IMG/VR virus record: IMGVR_UViG_3300042564_002819
Span: 248,001 to 312,000 of that record
Length of the DNA: 64,000 bases
Strand: one strand, 5' to 3'
Positions within the stretch are counted from its first letter, which is position 1; every line of letters begins with the position of its first letter. Under the pieces are notes generated by a model, which saw nothing but the letters and a program-made list of their open reading frames with translations, was not told the DNA's origin and ran no database searches. Position numbers and translations under genes: made by a program. Below, piece by piece: positions 27,951 through 37,635 of the stretch.

Positions 27951-29990
27951 ATGAAAAAATTACTGTTATCGCCTGTTTGGAGCATTTTAGTATTAGTATT
28001 GTTGGCTTGGCTACAGTTTGCTAATCCTAGTTTTTTAGAAAGTCTACAGCTACGTTACTTTGACCAACTTATAGTAAATCAAGAACCTGTAGCTAACAAC
28101 GTTTACACAGTAAACATAGACGAAGCAAGTTTAAAGGCAAACGGACAATGGCCGTGGCCAAGAGGCGAATACGCCAAACTCATCGAAGAACTATATGCAC
28201 GTGGTGCAGGATTAGTTGTGTTCAACGTTCTAATGAGTGAAACAGATCGTGCAGGACAAGATGGCGTATTATCTACCACAATGAGCAACTATCCTGTTAT
28301 AGTTACAATGTTGGGTACAGAGGAAAACAAAAATGAACCAATCAATCCTGGTGCTAGTATTATTAATAGCGACTACATCGATCTTATTCCTTCCGTGCCT
28401 GGCATCACAGCAAACGTGTCAGATATTGAACGTGCGGCTGTTGGATCAGGAATTGTTAACACTTTTCCAGAAATAGACGGTGTTACAAGACGTGCTCCAC
28501 TAATACTAGAAAGCGGTGGAATACTGTATCCTAACGTTACTATGGAAGTGCTTCGTGTTCTTGCCGGCGATCCAAGTTTCCAAATTAAACTGTCACCAAT
28601 TGGTATAGACAAACTTCGTATTCCACAGTATGGTGTATTACAAACAGATGAAATCGGCAGAGTTTGGTTAGATTGGAGTCAAAATTTTTCCAGTTACAGT
28701 GCTGCTGAGTTGCCCGATGATTTTGCAGGCGGTATAGTTTTTGTAGGACCAACAGCAGCCGGCATTACACAACCAATTGCAACAGCCGCAGGCGGTATTT
28801 GGCCGCATGAACTACAAGCTATAATGCTAGGTACAGTGTTTAATCAAAGCAATATAAAACGTCCAGCATGGGCAACAGGTGCTGAATTGCTAGGATTTGT
28901 AATTTCTGGCATAGCTTTAATAATAGCAGCACGTTGGACCTATGCGGGCATAGGAATATTTTTAATACTAGTTGGAACATCAATCGGTGGCAGCATCTAT
29001 ATGTTCTCTGCTTATAACTTCTTACTAGACGGTTTTGTTCCGGCAGCATTCTTGTTGTTGGTAGGATTAGTAAGATATACTGTTAAGTTTGTAAGTGAGT
29101 TCTTACAAAAGCAAAAGATCAAAAAACAATTTGGTGGTTATGTGTCGCCTAAGATTGTTGATTTACTGGCTAAAGATCCGAGTGTAATAGAACGTGGAGT
29201 AAAGAAAAACATCTCTATTACTATGACTGATCTGCGTGGCTTTACTCCTCTTGGAGAAAGTTACGGTGCTGATGTTGAAGGATTGCGTCAAATCATGAAT
29301 GACTACATGGAAGCAATTACACAGCCAGTATTACGCAACGAAGGCACTATTATCAAATATATCGGTGATGCAAGTTTACATATAAACGGTGCACCATTTG
29401 ATCAAGATAATCATGAATGTGTTGCGGTAAAAACTGCAATTGAAATGATAGATGCTGTAGAGGTGTTTAATGAAGAACTTAAAGCAAAAGGTAAGCCACC
29501 CGTTGGCATGGGTGCTGGTATCAATACTGGTCCTACAGTTATTGGTAATATTGGCAGTTATAAGCGTTATGGTTATGACGTTTTAGGTGATAGTGTAAGC
29601 ACAGCCGCACGTCTTGAAGGACAAACCAAGCCCTATGGTGTTTTATTAATACTAGGACCAAAAACTGCCGAAGTAGCACGTCATTTCTATCACGTTGTAG
29701 AATTAGATCTATTAGCAGTCAAAGGTAAAACCGAAGCACTTCCTATTTACACAGTAATTTGGAGAGAAACACCCAACACTGAGTTTTGGCATCATCATGA
29801 AACATTCTTATCAGAATACAGATTAGCAAATTGGAAATCAGCTCTGGAACAAATTCAGTGGTTAAAAATTAATGGTCCTGTCACACTAGTCAAGTACTAC
29901 GAGATGATGGAAGAACGTATTGCTGATCTATCTAAGAAAAAAATACAGCCCGGAAAATGGGACGGAGTATTCAGAGCTACAAGTAAATAA
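27951..29990 (+). CDS. CHASE2-domain class III adenylate/guanylate cyclase
   Basis: GQWPWPR CHASE2 motif, three TM helices, TDLRGFT, KYIGDA, GINTG, GDSVSTAARLEG. Confidence 0.93.
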   Translation: MKKLLLSPVWSILVLVLLAWLQFANPSFLESLQLRYFDQLIVNQEPVANNVYTVNIDEASLKANGQWPWPRGEYAKLIEELYARGAGLVVFNVLMSETDRAGQDGVLSTTMSNYPVIVTMLGTEENKNEPINPGASIINSDYIDLIPSVPGITANVSDIERAAVGSGIVNTFPEIDGVTRRAPLILESGGILYPNVTMEVLRVLAGDPSFQIKLSPIGIDKLRIPQYGVLQTDEIGRVWLDWSQNFSSYSAAELPDDFAGGIVFVGPTAAGITQPIATAAGGIWPHELQAIMLGTVFNQSNIKRPAWATGAELLGFVISGIALIIAARWTYAGIGIFLILVGTSIGGSIYMFSAYNFLLDGFVPAAFLLLVGLVRYTVKFVSEFLQKQKIKKQFGGYVSPKIVDLLAKDPSVIERGVKKNISITMTDLRGFTPLGESYGADVEGLRQIMNDYMEAITQPVLRNEGTIIKYIGDASLHINGAPFDQDNHECVAVKTAIEMIDAVEVFNEELKAKGKPPVGMGAGINTGPTVIGNIGSYKRYGYDVLGDSVSTAARLEGQTKPYGVLLILGPKTAEVARHFYHVVELDLLAVKGKTEALPIYTVIWRETPNTEFWHHHETFLSEYRLANWKSALEQIQWLKINGPVTLVKYYEMMEERIADLSKKKIQPGKWDGVFRATSK

Positions 29991-30014
29991 GGAGCCAAAA
30001 GGCTCCTTATTTTT
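29986..30014. terminator. Bidirectional terminator between convergent genes
   Basis: AATAAGGAGCC-AAAA-GGCTCCTTATTTTT. Confidence 0.8.
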
Positions 30015-30031
30015 ATTAATGTAAAGTGTTA

Positions 30032-30367
30032 TTATGAACGACTCATATAAGCACTAGAACCAAAGAATGATGCTACTACACCAGCTTGTGCAATGTAGAA
30101 CATACTTAAAATGTTGTCTAATGCTGCTAGTCTGTCAATACCGATAAAAGGTAAAAATAGTAAAACTGTAAATACAACCATACTAAGCATAGCAACCCAT
30201 GCCATTCTTCTAAGTTGATCTTCTTTTTGATCTTTGTTTTCTAAGTCAACAATGCGTTCTGCTTTAGCAAGTTCTTCGTCGGAAACTACGCCATCGCCGT
30301 CGGTGTCAAACTTGTTAAATTGACTGTCTTCTTGTAGTGTCTTTGGTGTTCTTGGTGTTCTTGCCAT
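30032..30367 (-). CDS. EF-hand two-TM membrane protein (holin-like)
   Basis: DTDGDGVVSDEE loop; two hydrophobic helices. Confidence 0.7.
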   Translation of the reverse strand: MARTPRTPKTLQEDSQFNKFDTDGDGVVSDEELAKAERIVDLENKDQKEDQLRRMAWVAMLSMVVFTVLLFLPFIGIDRLAALDNILSMFYIAQAGVVASFFGSSAYMSRS

Positions 30368-30384
30368 TTCTGGATCTCCCTCTA

Positions 30385-30729
30385 TTATTTTTTTTTATCT
30401 TCTCTGCCGGTGCTGTTAAAAACTTGGCTACGGCTTTGATACTTGTTAATCAATTCGTCGAGTTCGTCTTTTTTGTCATCTGGAAGCGAATCTATGTGTT
30501 GTCGATATTCTAAAACCATTGTTAGCTTACTGTTTAAACGAATCATGTCGTTATCTAACATACGTACACGATCCACTAGTTTAATCAGCGTCCCCATTGT
30601 TTCACCAATCACAGGATCAATTTCTTCAGTTACCCATTTCCATATAAAGAAAACAAAGTAGCCCATTCCCATTGCTGCAATGATCGGAAATCCAAAGTCT
30701 TTAATAGCCTGTGCAATATCAAATTCCAT
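30385..30729 (-). CDS. Single-TM coiled-coil protein
   Basis: FGFPIIAA TM; LVDRVRMLDNDMIRL. Confidence 0.75.
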   Translation of the reverse strand: MEFDIAQAIKDFGFPIIAAMGMGYFVFFIWKWVTEEIDPVIGETMGTLIKLVDRVRMLDNDMIRLNSKLTMVLEYRQHIDSLPDDKKDELDELINKYQSRSQVFNSTGREDKKK

Positions 30730-31007
30730 TAGTCTCTCCTTGCATCGTTTTTGCCTTCGTTAGCAGCAATACGATCTATATTAGGTTTAACATTTAACGC
30801 ATAACTTAATAGTGCATCTATCTTAACTAAATCATTATTCATAGTTTGAACACGATTATCTAACTGTGCAATAATATTTTTTAGAGTTGTAACAGATCCT
30901 GTTACTCCTGCTAGAATAAACTTCAATGTTAAGAAAACAAAACCGCCGGCTGCTAATGCACCGGCAATTGGAAACCCTACTTCGCTTACTAATTGCAAAA
31001 AATCCAT
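30729..31007 (-). CDS. Single-TM coiled-coil protein, paralogue of neighbour
   Basis: VGFPIAGA TM; LDNRVQTMNNDLVKI. Confidence 0.75.
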   Translation of the reverse strand: MDFLQLVSEVGFPIAGALAAGGFVFLTLKFILAGVTGSVTTLKNIIAQLDNRVQTMNNDLVKIDALLSYALNVKPNIDRIAANEGKNDARRD

Positions 31008-31104
31008 TAAAACGCCCTCACGTTTTGCATAGTATTTAGCATAATGCGATTGTTTTTTATTGACAAAATGCTTAAATATACTACTATATTACAAAGGAGA
31101 CTGC

Positions 31105-32238
31105 ATGAACAATTTTATAGAAGATTTTATTAAAAAAAATACATTTCACAGACCGACTTTAGTGTTAGATATAAATGAAGTGGAAAAAAACTTCTATAAT
31201 CTTAAACGTGGGATGCCCGATGCTCACATACACTATGCTGTTAAAAGCAATCCGCATCCTGAAATACTAAAATGCTTAGTGCAACAAGGTTGCAAGTTTG
31301 ATGCAGCATCGATGGGAGAAATAGATGCTTGTTTAGAAGCAGGTGCAAAGCCCGAACATATCAGTTTTGGCAATACTGTAAAGCGTTGGCAAGACATCAA
31401 ATATGCACACTCTATAGGTATTGACCTTTTTGCAGCAGATGCAAGTGAAGAACTTGAAAAGATTGCAAATTACGCACCTAACTCTCGCGTGTTTATTCGT
31501 GTATTGATTGGGCAAACTGAAGCAGAATGGCCGTTATCACGAAAGTTTGGTTGCGATCCCCAAATGGTTCTTGAGCTAATGGGATATGCTACAGACCTAG
31601 GTCTTAAGCCAGTTGGTATTAGTTGGCACATTGGTTCACAAACAAAACATCCTGAAATGTGGTTCGACACACTAGAAATGATGGCTAACCTTTGGGATGA
31701 AGCCTGCGGTTTTGGATACGATTTATCGTTGGTAAACATCGGCGGCGGATTTCCTGCATACTACGGTGTTGATATAACTCCGCCAGAAGAATACGGTAGA
31801 AAATTAATGGATCGTGTTCGTAAGCAATTTCCAGGTGCAGACTACATTATGGTCGAACCGGGTCGCGGATTAGTAGGCAGTGCTGGTGCTATTGCTGCTG
31901 AAGTGTTATTGGTTAGCAAGAAGTCATCCTACGAAACAGTGCGTTGGGTTTATTTAAACATAGGAAGATTTAGTGGATTGGCTGAAACCGAAGGCGAAGC
32001 TATTAAATATCAATTTTCTATACCAGGTAAAGAAAACTCTACTACAGGACCATGTATTCTTGCAGGTCCTACTTGCGATAGTGCAGATGTACTATATGAA
32101 AAGAACAAGGTTCATTTGCCAGTTGACCTTTGCAGTGGCGATCGATTTATTATACGAAACTGCGGGGCTTACACCAGCACCTACAGCACTATTGCGTTTA
32201 ACGGGTTTCCGCCGTTAGCTGTTGTAGTTTGCAAATGA
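31105..32238 (+). CDS. Ornithine/lysine decarboxylase (fold III PLP)
   Basis: AAGGAG SD; HYAVKSN, FDAAS, KFG, HIGSQ, NIGGGF, EPGR, GPTCDS, GAYT. Confidence 0.93.
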   Translation: MNNFIEDFIKKNTFHRPTLVLDINEVEKNFYNLKRGMPDAHIHYAVKSNPHPEILKCLVQQGCKFDAASMGEIDACLEAGAKPEHISFGNTVKRWQDIKYAHSIGIDLFAADASEELEKIANYAPNSRVFIRVLIGQTEAEWPLSRKFGCDPQMVLELMGYATDLGLKPVGISWHIGSQTKHPEMWFDTLEMMANLWDEACGFGYDLSLVNIGGGFPAYYGVDITPPEEYGRKLMDRVRKQFPGADYIMVEPGRGLVGSAGAIAAEVLLVSKKSSYETVRWVYLNIGRFSGLAETEGEAIKYQFSIPGKENSTTGPCILAGPTCDSADVLYEKNKVHLPVDLCSGDRFIIRNCGAYTSTYSTIAFNGFPPLAVVVCK

Positions 32239-32240
32239 GG

Positions 32241-32268
32241 TTGACAATTTTTACAATTTATGTATAGT
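32241..32268 (+). promoter_or_regulatory. Sigma70-type promoter for the downstream ncRNA
   Basis: TTGACA-N16-TATAGT. Confidence 0.6.
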
Positions 32269-32294
32269 AAAGAGAATAGCAATGATTGTCGCTG

Positions 32295-32442
32295 TTGGCC
32301 CGTGGCGATACATTGCTATAAATCTATAAGTCTTGACAATGAACCGAGTAAGATGATATTATCTGCGAAAGTCCGGCGAGAGCTTAAATTTGTCAAGGGT
32401 CACAAGCACTAGTCCAACAGTGTGTGGCTAACGGGCCGCCAA
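32295..32442 (+). ncRNA. Candidate 6S-like RNA (rod with central bubble)
   Basis: GGCCCGT/ACGGGCC, ATACATTG/CAGTGTGT, large internal bubble, CTTGACAA/TTGTCAAG. Confidence 0.45.
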
Positions 32443-32469
32443 TAGGAGGAAAGTTTGGTAAATAATAAC

Positions 32470-32646
32470 ATGAAAACGTATCCAGCTAATGAAATATTTC
32501 AAGACATTGAAAATGACAAAAACAACGTCTTGATGAATATTCCTCCTGAAATTGCAGAAGAATTAGGATGGGTACCGGGAGACGTCTTGAAGATCGAAAT
32601 ATTAGAAAGTGGCGGCGTTTCTATTTCCAAGGTAAAAAATGGCTAA
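32470..32646 (+). CDS. AbrB/MazE-like DNA-binding protein
   Basis: [22 protein letters not shown] swapped-hairpin signature. Confidence 0.75.
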   Translation: MKTYPANEIFQDIENDKNNVLMNIPPEIAEELGWVPGDVLKIEILESGGVSISKVKNG

Positions 32647-32854
32647 AGAAGATGTTATTGAAGTAGAAGGCGAAATTGTAGATGTTTTGCCTAACCAAAC
32701 TTTTCGTGTAGAACTCGAAAACGGTCACAGGGTAACTTGTTACACTGGCGGAAAGATGAGACAATTTAAAATTAGACTCGTACAGGGCGACAAAGTTAAA
32801 GTAGAAATGACACCATACGATCTACAAAAAGGTCGAATTATGTTTAGGATCTAA
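32639..32854 (+). CDS. infA: Translation initiation factor IF-1
   Basis: [11 protein letters not shown]...[12 protein letters not shown]...[17 protein letters not shown]. Confidence 0.97.
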   Translation: MAKEDVIEVEGEIVDVLPNQTFRVELENGHRVTCYTGGKMRQFKIRLVQGDKVKVEMTPYDLQKGRIMFRI

Positions 32855-32855
32855 A

Positions 32856-33245
32856 ATGATACAAGAGCTTTTGAGTTTAGAAAAAGCGTTTAATTGCAAA
32901 CTTTCTCCAATTACTTTAGATTCGTGGAACAATTATAAAAGCATACCCAAAGGTCTGCGTGGTGTTTATATAATTTACGACGACGATAAATTCTACTATG
33001 TTGGAAAAGGATTTGTCAAAGATCGTCAACCGCATCACGAAGAAAAGTTTTCCGGTATTTTTAAAAAAGCTAGAGATACTGCTGGGTTTAGATGGCTTAG
33101 AGAAAGCGGAGTAGAATTCGACGTAACAAAAATGCGTATGACATACATTCCGTTAGAGCAAGAAACACTTATTTCTGCAATTGAAGGCAGTTTGATACAC
33201 ATGCTACAACCTATTGCAAACGACGAAGTAGTAAAAAGTCTTTAA
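32856..33245 (+). CDS. GIY-YIG nuclease-like protein
   Basis: GVYIIY...YYVGKG...R...H, later E and N. Confidence 0.65.
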   Translation: MIQELLSLEKAFNCKLSPITLDSWNNYKSIPKGLRGVYIIYDDDKFYYVGKGFVKDRQPHHEEKFSGIFKKARDTAGFRWLRESGVEFDVTKMRMTYIPLEQETLISAIEGSLIHMLQPIANDEVVKSL

Positions 33246-33251
33246 CAGGGC

Positions 33252-33280
33252 TTGACACGCCTTCTGCGATTTGCTATATT
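33252..33280 (+). promoter_or_regulatory. Sigma70-type promoter
   Basis: TTGACA-N17-TATATT with extended -10. Confidence 0.75.
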
Positions 33281-33311
33281 GCTACAAATGCAACAGCTAA
33301 AGGCTAGAAAA

Positions 33312-34007
33312 ATGTTTCCTACAGAACAACTGCTTGAATTTGCATATGCTGCATACCGTATCAATAACGGATATGTAAAATCAACAGTATATCATTCTGC
33401 AAATGATACTACAACTTATCCAAACAAGGATATTGTTCTTTTTTCTGCATTGAAAAAATTTCGCCCCGATGATTATATTCCGTCATGGTTTGTTATGCCA
33501 GAAATTACAGACCGAGACCGTGAAAATGTAAAACTTGCCCTAGAGCATTATAAACGTTATACGTTGCTGCTTTTGGGGACAGACCTGTCAACGTTTCAAA
33601 AAGATGTCTTTGCTGTAATCAGTCAAGATACTGTTCCCGTTCACAAAATCGGTCTAGTTGCTGTTGTTCCAACTGTGGTAAAAAGCGAAAAAGCAGAAAG
33701 TGTATATCTACGCAAACTAAAGAAAGATTTTTCTGATAGCAAACATTATGTTTTAAAGACATCTGTGAGTGGAACAATCGAAATTCTTAAACGTATCCAC
33801 CTCAGAGATTATTCCACTTATCTGTATTTTGCAGGATTAGGAGAAAACTTGATTTCTTTTACTAAACCGACTGAGTACAGTGTTGGTGCAGTATACGAAT
33901 TAAATGGTAAGGTAAAATCTCTCGAAAAAGAAAGAGAGACTGGATTCAATATGACAAAACTAAACTATGTCAAGTTAAATGCTGTTGAGGTAACAAACAA
34001 TGATTGA
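33312..34007 (+). CDS. Hypothetical protein
   Basis: ATG downstream of promoter; long ORF. Confidence 0.75.
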   Translation: MFPTEQLLEFAYAAYRINNGYVKSTVYHSANDTTTYPNKDIVLFSALKKFRPDDYIPSWFVMPEITDRDRENVKLALEHYKRYTLLLLGTDLSTFQKDVFAVISQDTVPVHKIGLVAVVPTVVKSEKAESVYLRKLKKDFSDSKHYVLKTSVSGTIEILKRIHLRDYSTYLYFAGLGENLISFTKPTEYSVGAVYELNGKVKSLEKERETGFNMTKLNYVKLNAVEVTNND

Positions 34008-34212
34008 ACTGTGGTTTTTGGCTGTTGCTGTAATTTTTACAGTATTTGGATATATCATTGGCGTAAAAAAACAAGTAAAAGTATCTGCAGAGATGATTAT
34101 TTCAACTACTATCGATACTCTTATTGAAGATGGATATCTTAAAACTAGAGGCACTGGAAACAACTTAGAGATTTTAAAAGTAGATGACAAAGCCGATAGA
34201 ACTCAGCCATAG
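34000..34212 (+). CDS. Small membrane protein
   Basis: GAGG SD; N-terminal TM. Confidence 0.7.
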   Translation: MIELWFLAVAVIFTVFGYIIGVKKQVKVSAEMIISTTIDTLIEDGYLKTRGTGNNLEILKVDDKADRTQP

Positions 34213-34465
34213 TCAGTGGAAAAAACTTTTAGAACGTCTTAAGGAGGATTACCCTCCTAGTGTTATTCTTGTTCGCAGCAAGATGAAAACAAAGTTAGGA
34301 TTCACATCTCGAGAATACAAAGACTGGGATGACAGCATAGGTAAGTATGGCGGCTGGCGTAAAAACTGTATCATGCTTGATTTTTATTCGGAAAAGAAAA
34401 GAACCTTCTTTATCGTGAAATACAGCGAATTTGTAAAAAAGGAAGATCTTAATGACAACTTCTAA
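34184..34465 (+). CDS. Hypothetical protein
   Basis: Operon packing. Confidence 0.7.
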   Translation: MTKPIELSHSQWKKLLERLKEDYPPSVILVRSKMKTKLGFTSREYKDWDDSIGKYGGWRKNCIMLDFYSEKKRTFFIVKYSEFVKKEDLNDNF

Positions 34466-34784
34466 TAATGATCACATCTTTATTGCGTATTGGGATTGTT
34501 ACGGATTTGAATGCGTTGTAGACTTAACTTCATATGAACGACATAAATTGTTGTCTGATATTAAAGGAGACCCTCTTAAATCTCCTGTTAATCTACATTA
34601 TTTAACTATGCGAGCTCGGTTTAATCCACAACGTGACCCTGAAATTTGGCTCTTTACTTCTGAAGTAGACGAAGCTACACTGCAAGAGTTAGCAGAAGAA
34701 CAGCCGCAGATGTTGGCAGATCTTATTCGCAGTCATGGAAAAAATCTATACAAAAGTAAAACACTGGAACCAAAAATAAAATGA
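34452..34784 (+). CDS. Hypothetical protein
   Basis: SD; operon packing. Confidence 0.7.
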   Translation: MTTSNNDHIFIAYWDCYGFECVVDLTSYERHKLLSDIKGDPLKSPVNLHYLTMRARFNPQRDPEIWLFTSEVDEATLQELAEEQPQMLADLIRSHGKNLYKSKTLEPKIK

Positions 34785-35137
34785 TACGTTATACTGACAT
34801 CAACACCGGCAACAATCTACTAGACGAAGCACTAGAAAACTATCTCATGCATGGGTTTCAGCCCGGCGGATTTCTAACCAGTGTTCTTGCTAACGACTTG
34901 CAGCTAGCTGTTGGAAGGGCAGATCATTGGAATAAAACTCGTCTGCCTGAAATTGTAGATGCAGTAGTGTACAATGTCCCAGATCGTGCTTGGGGCAGTT
35001 ATCAGCGTGTCAGAGATTGGTGTGTAGACAAAGACGGGCATCGTACCGCATATGCTCAACGTAAAGAAAAAGAATATACGTTTAACGTATTGAAAGGCAA
35101 TGTACGTGCAAAAGAACCGCAAGACCCCCCGTTTTGA
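34781..35137 (+). CDS. Hypothetical protein
   Basis: HGFQPGGFLTSVLANDL...AWGS motif. Confidence 0.75.
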   Translation: MIRYTDINTGNNLLDEALENYLMHGFQPGGFLTSVLANDLQLAVGRADHWNKTRLPEIVDAVVYNVPDRAWGSYQRVRDWCVDKDGHRTAYAQRKEKEYTFNVLKGNVRAKEPQDPPF

Positions 35138-35405
35138 AGTAGACTATAAAGAACGTCTTGAACAAAAACGAACAGCAATCAATGCTGTTCGCTTGCCTCG
35201 TCTTGGCTATTCTCAATATCGTGTATATGATATTCGAGAGCGGTCCACTCGTCAATACAACAACGGCAACTGGCAGAACTGGATCTTGTGGGCAGTTGTT
35301 GATGAACTAGAATCTCGTACAGAACCACCTCATCAAGTAAAATGGCTCAAACCTAAACAGGTGACATTGCTTAGACTACAAGGACATAGGGTAGAAGAAG
35401 TATGA
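35100..35405 (+). CDS. Hypothetical protein
   Basis: Operon packing. Confidence 0.6.
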   Translation: MYVQKNRKTPRFEVDYKERLEQKRTAINAVRLPRLGYSQYRVYDIRERSTRQYNNGNWQNWILWAVVDELESRTEPPHQVKWLKPKQVTLLRLQGHRVEEV

Positions 35406-35668
35406 ATTACGTTGATGTTTTAACAGTTCGAGAGTATGTTGACTATTATAAGGCAAACGATCCTTATGTACACGCTGCTGTATTAGAACAAGCAGGATAC
35501 ACTCCAGTAAGTATTAACCCAAAAGTTTTTTGGGAATCTGCACACGAGTATATGACCAAACGTTATGGCGAGGACAATTACGTTTGGACTGGTGAAAAAT
35601 TTTGGTTTGATAATATGGAAGAAGCAAGTCATTTTTATGCATACTACAGCAGTTGGTTAGAGGATTAA
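35402..35668 (+). CDS. Hypothetical protein
   Basis: ATGA overlap. Confidence 0.7.
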   Translation: MNYVDVLTVREYVDYYKANDPYVHAAVLEQAGYTPVSINPKVFWESAHEYMTKRYGEDNYVWTGEKFWFDNMEEASHFYAYYSSWLED

Positions 35669-35938
35669 ATGATTACTTTTGTTTGCGAAATTAATCCAAC
35701 ATATGCCAAGCAGAATGGACTTAATAGATACTATCTTGCAAAGGCTAAAAATGCAAATTGGCAAAAAGAAACAAATCTTCCTCGTTCACTACTGTATGGC
35801 TCTGACCGTGTGTGGAGAATTTACGAAAACGGAACAGTTGATTTTGTAAAAAATAGATTTACAGGTATTATGACTCCTGTCGATCAAAGAGAACTTACTG
35901 TTGCTCTCTTGAGTGCAGTATGCTATAACAGTGTATGA
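35669..35938 (+). CDS. Hypothetical protein
   Basis: GAGGA SD. Confidence 0.65.
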   Translation: MITFVCEINPTYAKQNGLNRYYLAKAKNANWQKETNLPRSLLYGSDRVWRIYENGTVDFVKNRFTGIMTPVDQRELTVALLSAVCYNSV

Positions 35939-36543
35939 TCAAAGTACAAGGCAAACTCCCTCGCAGTGTTTACGTCGGATGTTCCGGCGGCTCGGATTCT
36001 ATGGCTGTGGTCGATTTCTTGTCTCGTAGACATGATGTTGAAGTTATTTTCTTCCATCATGGCTCCGAACACGACACTGTTGCACAAGATCTTGTTTATA
36101 ATTACTGTCATAAAAAGAACATCGAATGTATTCTCGGCGGCATGAACAAAGACGATACAATCAAGCCAGGAATGAGCAAAGAAGACTTTTGGAGATGGCG
36201 TCGCTATCGATTCTTTGAGCAATTCGCTAGGCCTGAAACTCCTGTTATTACTTGCCATCATCTAGATGACTGTGCTGAAACTTGGATTTGGAGTAGCTTG
36301 AACGGAAGTCCTTGTATTATTCCTTATCGTAGAAACAATGTGATTAGACCGTTTAGACTTAACAGAAAAAAAGACTTGGAGCTCTGGGCACAACTTAATG
36401 GCGTGCCCTACATCGACGATCCTACTAACACCGATACTACTTTTACTCGAAATTATATTAGACACGAGCTAATGCCACATGCATTACGAGTTAATCCTGG
36501 ACTGCACAAGGTTATTAAAAAGAAAGTTTTAGATGATGTTTAG
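35935..36543 (+). CDS. tilS: tRNA(Ile)-lysidine synthase-like PP-loop ATPase (N-terminal domain only)
   Basis: SGGSDS, RY.FF, TCHHLDD.AET, IRP, DPTN...FTRNYIRH. Confidence 0.85.
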   Translation: MIKVQGKLPRSVYVGCSGGSDSMAVVDFLSRRHDVEVIFFHHGSEHDTVAQDLVYNYCHKKNIECILGGMNKDDTIKPGMSKEDFWRWRRYRFFEQFARPETPVITCHHLDDCAETWIWSSLNGSPCIIPYRRNNVIRPFRLNRKKDLELWAQLNGVPYIDDPTNTDTTFTRNYIRHELMPHALRVNPGLHKVIKKKVLDDV

Positions 36544-37015
36544 TATTTTTAAAACACGCCATACTCACAGATGGGAATTGGTTGCGTGTAACGACAACTA
36601 TCATACTGAATACACAGATACTGGTAAAAAAATATATTGGAAACAGCGTTTTTACAAATGCAGTTGCGGTGCTCGCAAACACGAAGACAATCGTAATCAG
36701 TATCAAACTCACGAAGGAATTGATGCTGCTAAGAAAAACTGGATTGATGCTGGTGTTGTTCCGAACGGCAGTTATTACCCCGGAACACAAAATGGCTATG
36801 TCAAGATTGATGATGTTCCCCAGGATACGTTAGATCCAATTGAAAAATTAAATAAAAATCTCGAAGAGTTGTTCAACATGATGAGTGTAATTAAAAGAGA
36901 CTATGATCTTGAAAAAAAGTATCCTAAGTTAAAAACTCTTGCAGACAAATACAATCAAGAGCTAAGTAAGTATAGAACGTTTGAATCATTGAAAGGTAAA
37001 GACAATGTCACATGA
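36533..37015 (+). CDS. Hypothetical protein
   Basis: HTHRW...KCSCG possible zinc site. Confidence 0.7.
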   Translation: MMFSIFKTRHTHRWELVACNDNYHTEYTDTGKKIYWKQRFYKCSCGARKHEDNRNQYQTHEGIDAAKKNWIDAGVVPNGSYYPGTQNGYVKIDDVPQDTLDPIEKLNKNLEELFNMMSVIKRDYDLEKKYPKLKTLADKYNQELSKYRTFESLKGKDNVT

Positions 37016-37211
37016 TTTTATATATTTTGAAAACAGCCTTGAAGACGACGACTACGGACTTGTTGTAGGAAAAGATGGAATGCTAAAAGGAATTTGGGTT
37101 CCGAAAGGTCTGGAAAACGAAGAAGACGTGCCATCTACTGTAGCTAGAGTATGTATAGAATATTTTGGACTAGATCCTAACGACGAAAGCAACTACGGAG
37201 TCATTCATTAA
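37005..37211 (+). CDS. Hypothetical protein
   Basis: Operon packing. Confidence 0.65.
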   Translation: MSHDFIYFENSLEDDDYGLVVGKDGMLKGIWVPKGLENEEDVPSTVARVCIEYFGLDPNDESNYGVIH

Positions 37212-37447
37212 TGACACCGTTAGAAATTGCTGAGTACAAAATGCGGTGGATGCGTGATGGCGGATACAGTATTCGCCTTCACAGTGACCTTGACGTAGCA
37301 GGTAAGGACTGGTGTCGTAAAAATATTGAACGCCATCAATGGAGTTTTGAAGCGTATACTGCTATCTATCAGCATACCTTTTATTTCGAAGATCAAGCGG
37401 TAAGCCAACAATTTGCACAAGAATTTCACAATTGGGTGCAGCGTTGA
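37211..37447 (+). CDS. Hypothetical protein
   Basis: TAATG overlap. Confidence 0.7.
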   Translation: MTPLEIAEYKMRWMRDGGYSIRLHSDLDVAGKDWCRKNIERHQWSFEAYTAIYQHTFYFEDQAVSQQFAQEFHNWVQR

Positions 37448-37635
37448 AAGTGTTAATGATTGACCCACCAGAAGGATGGAAATACGGGTTTCCTAAACCA
37501 GTACATGAAGAATATTATACACTAGGCGAAGATTTTGATCTTGGGCGGTGGCTGGTTTCTGAAGGATATCCTGCCAAAGACGTCGAATTGGCACTAAAGT
37601 ACAGTAGATATTTGGAGATAGACAATGAAGGCTGA
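37444..37635 (+). CDS. Hypothetical protein
   Basis: IDPPEGWKYGFPK motif; start uncertain. Confidence 0.65.
   Translation: MKVLMIDPPEGWKYGFPKPVHEEYYTLGEDFDLGRWLVSEGYPAKDVELALKYSRYLEIDNEG

Noticed and set aside
32360-32400. RNase P RNA suggested by GAAAGTCCGG
   Set aside because: Region too short, and no matching 3' P4 strand found
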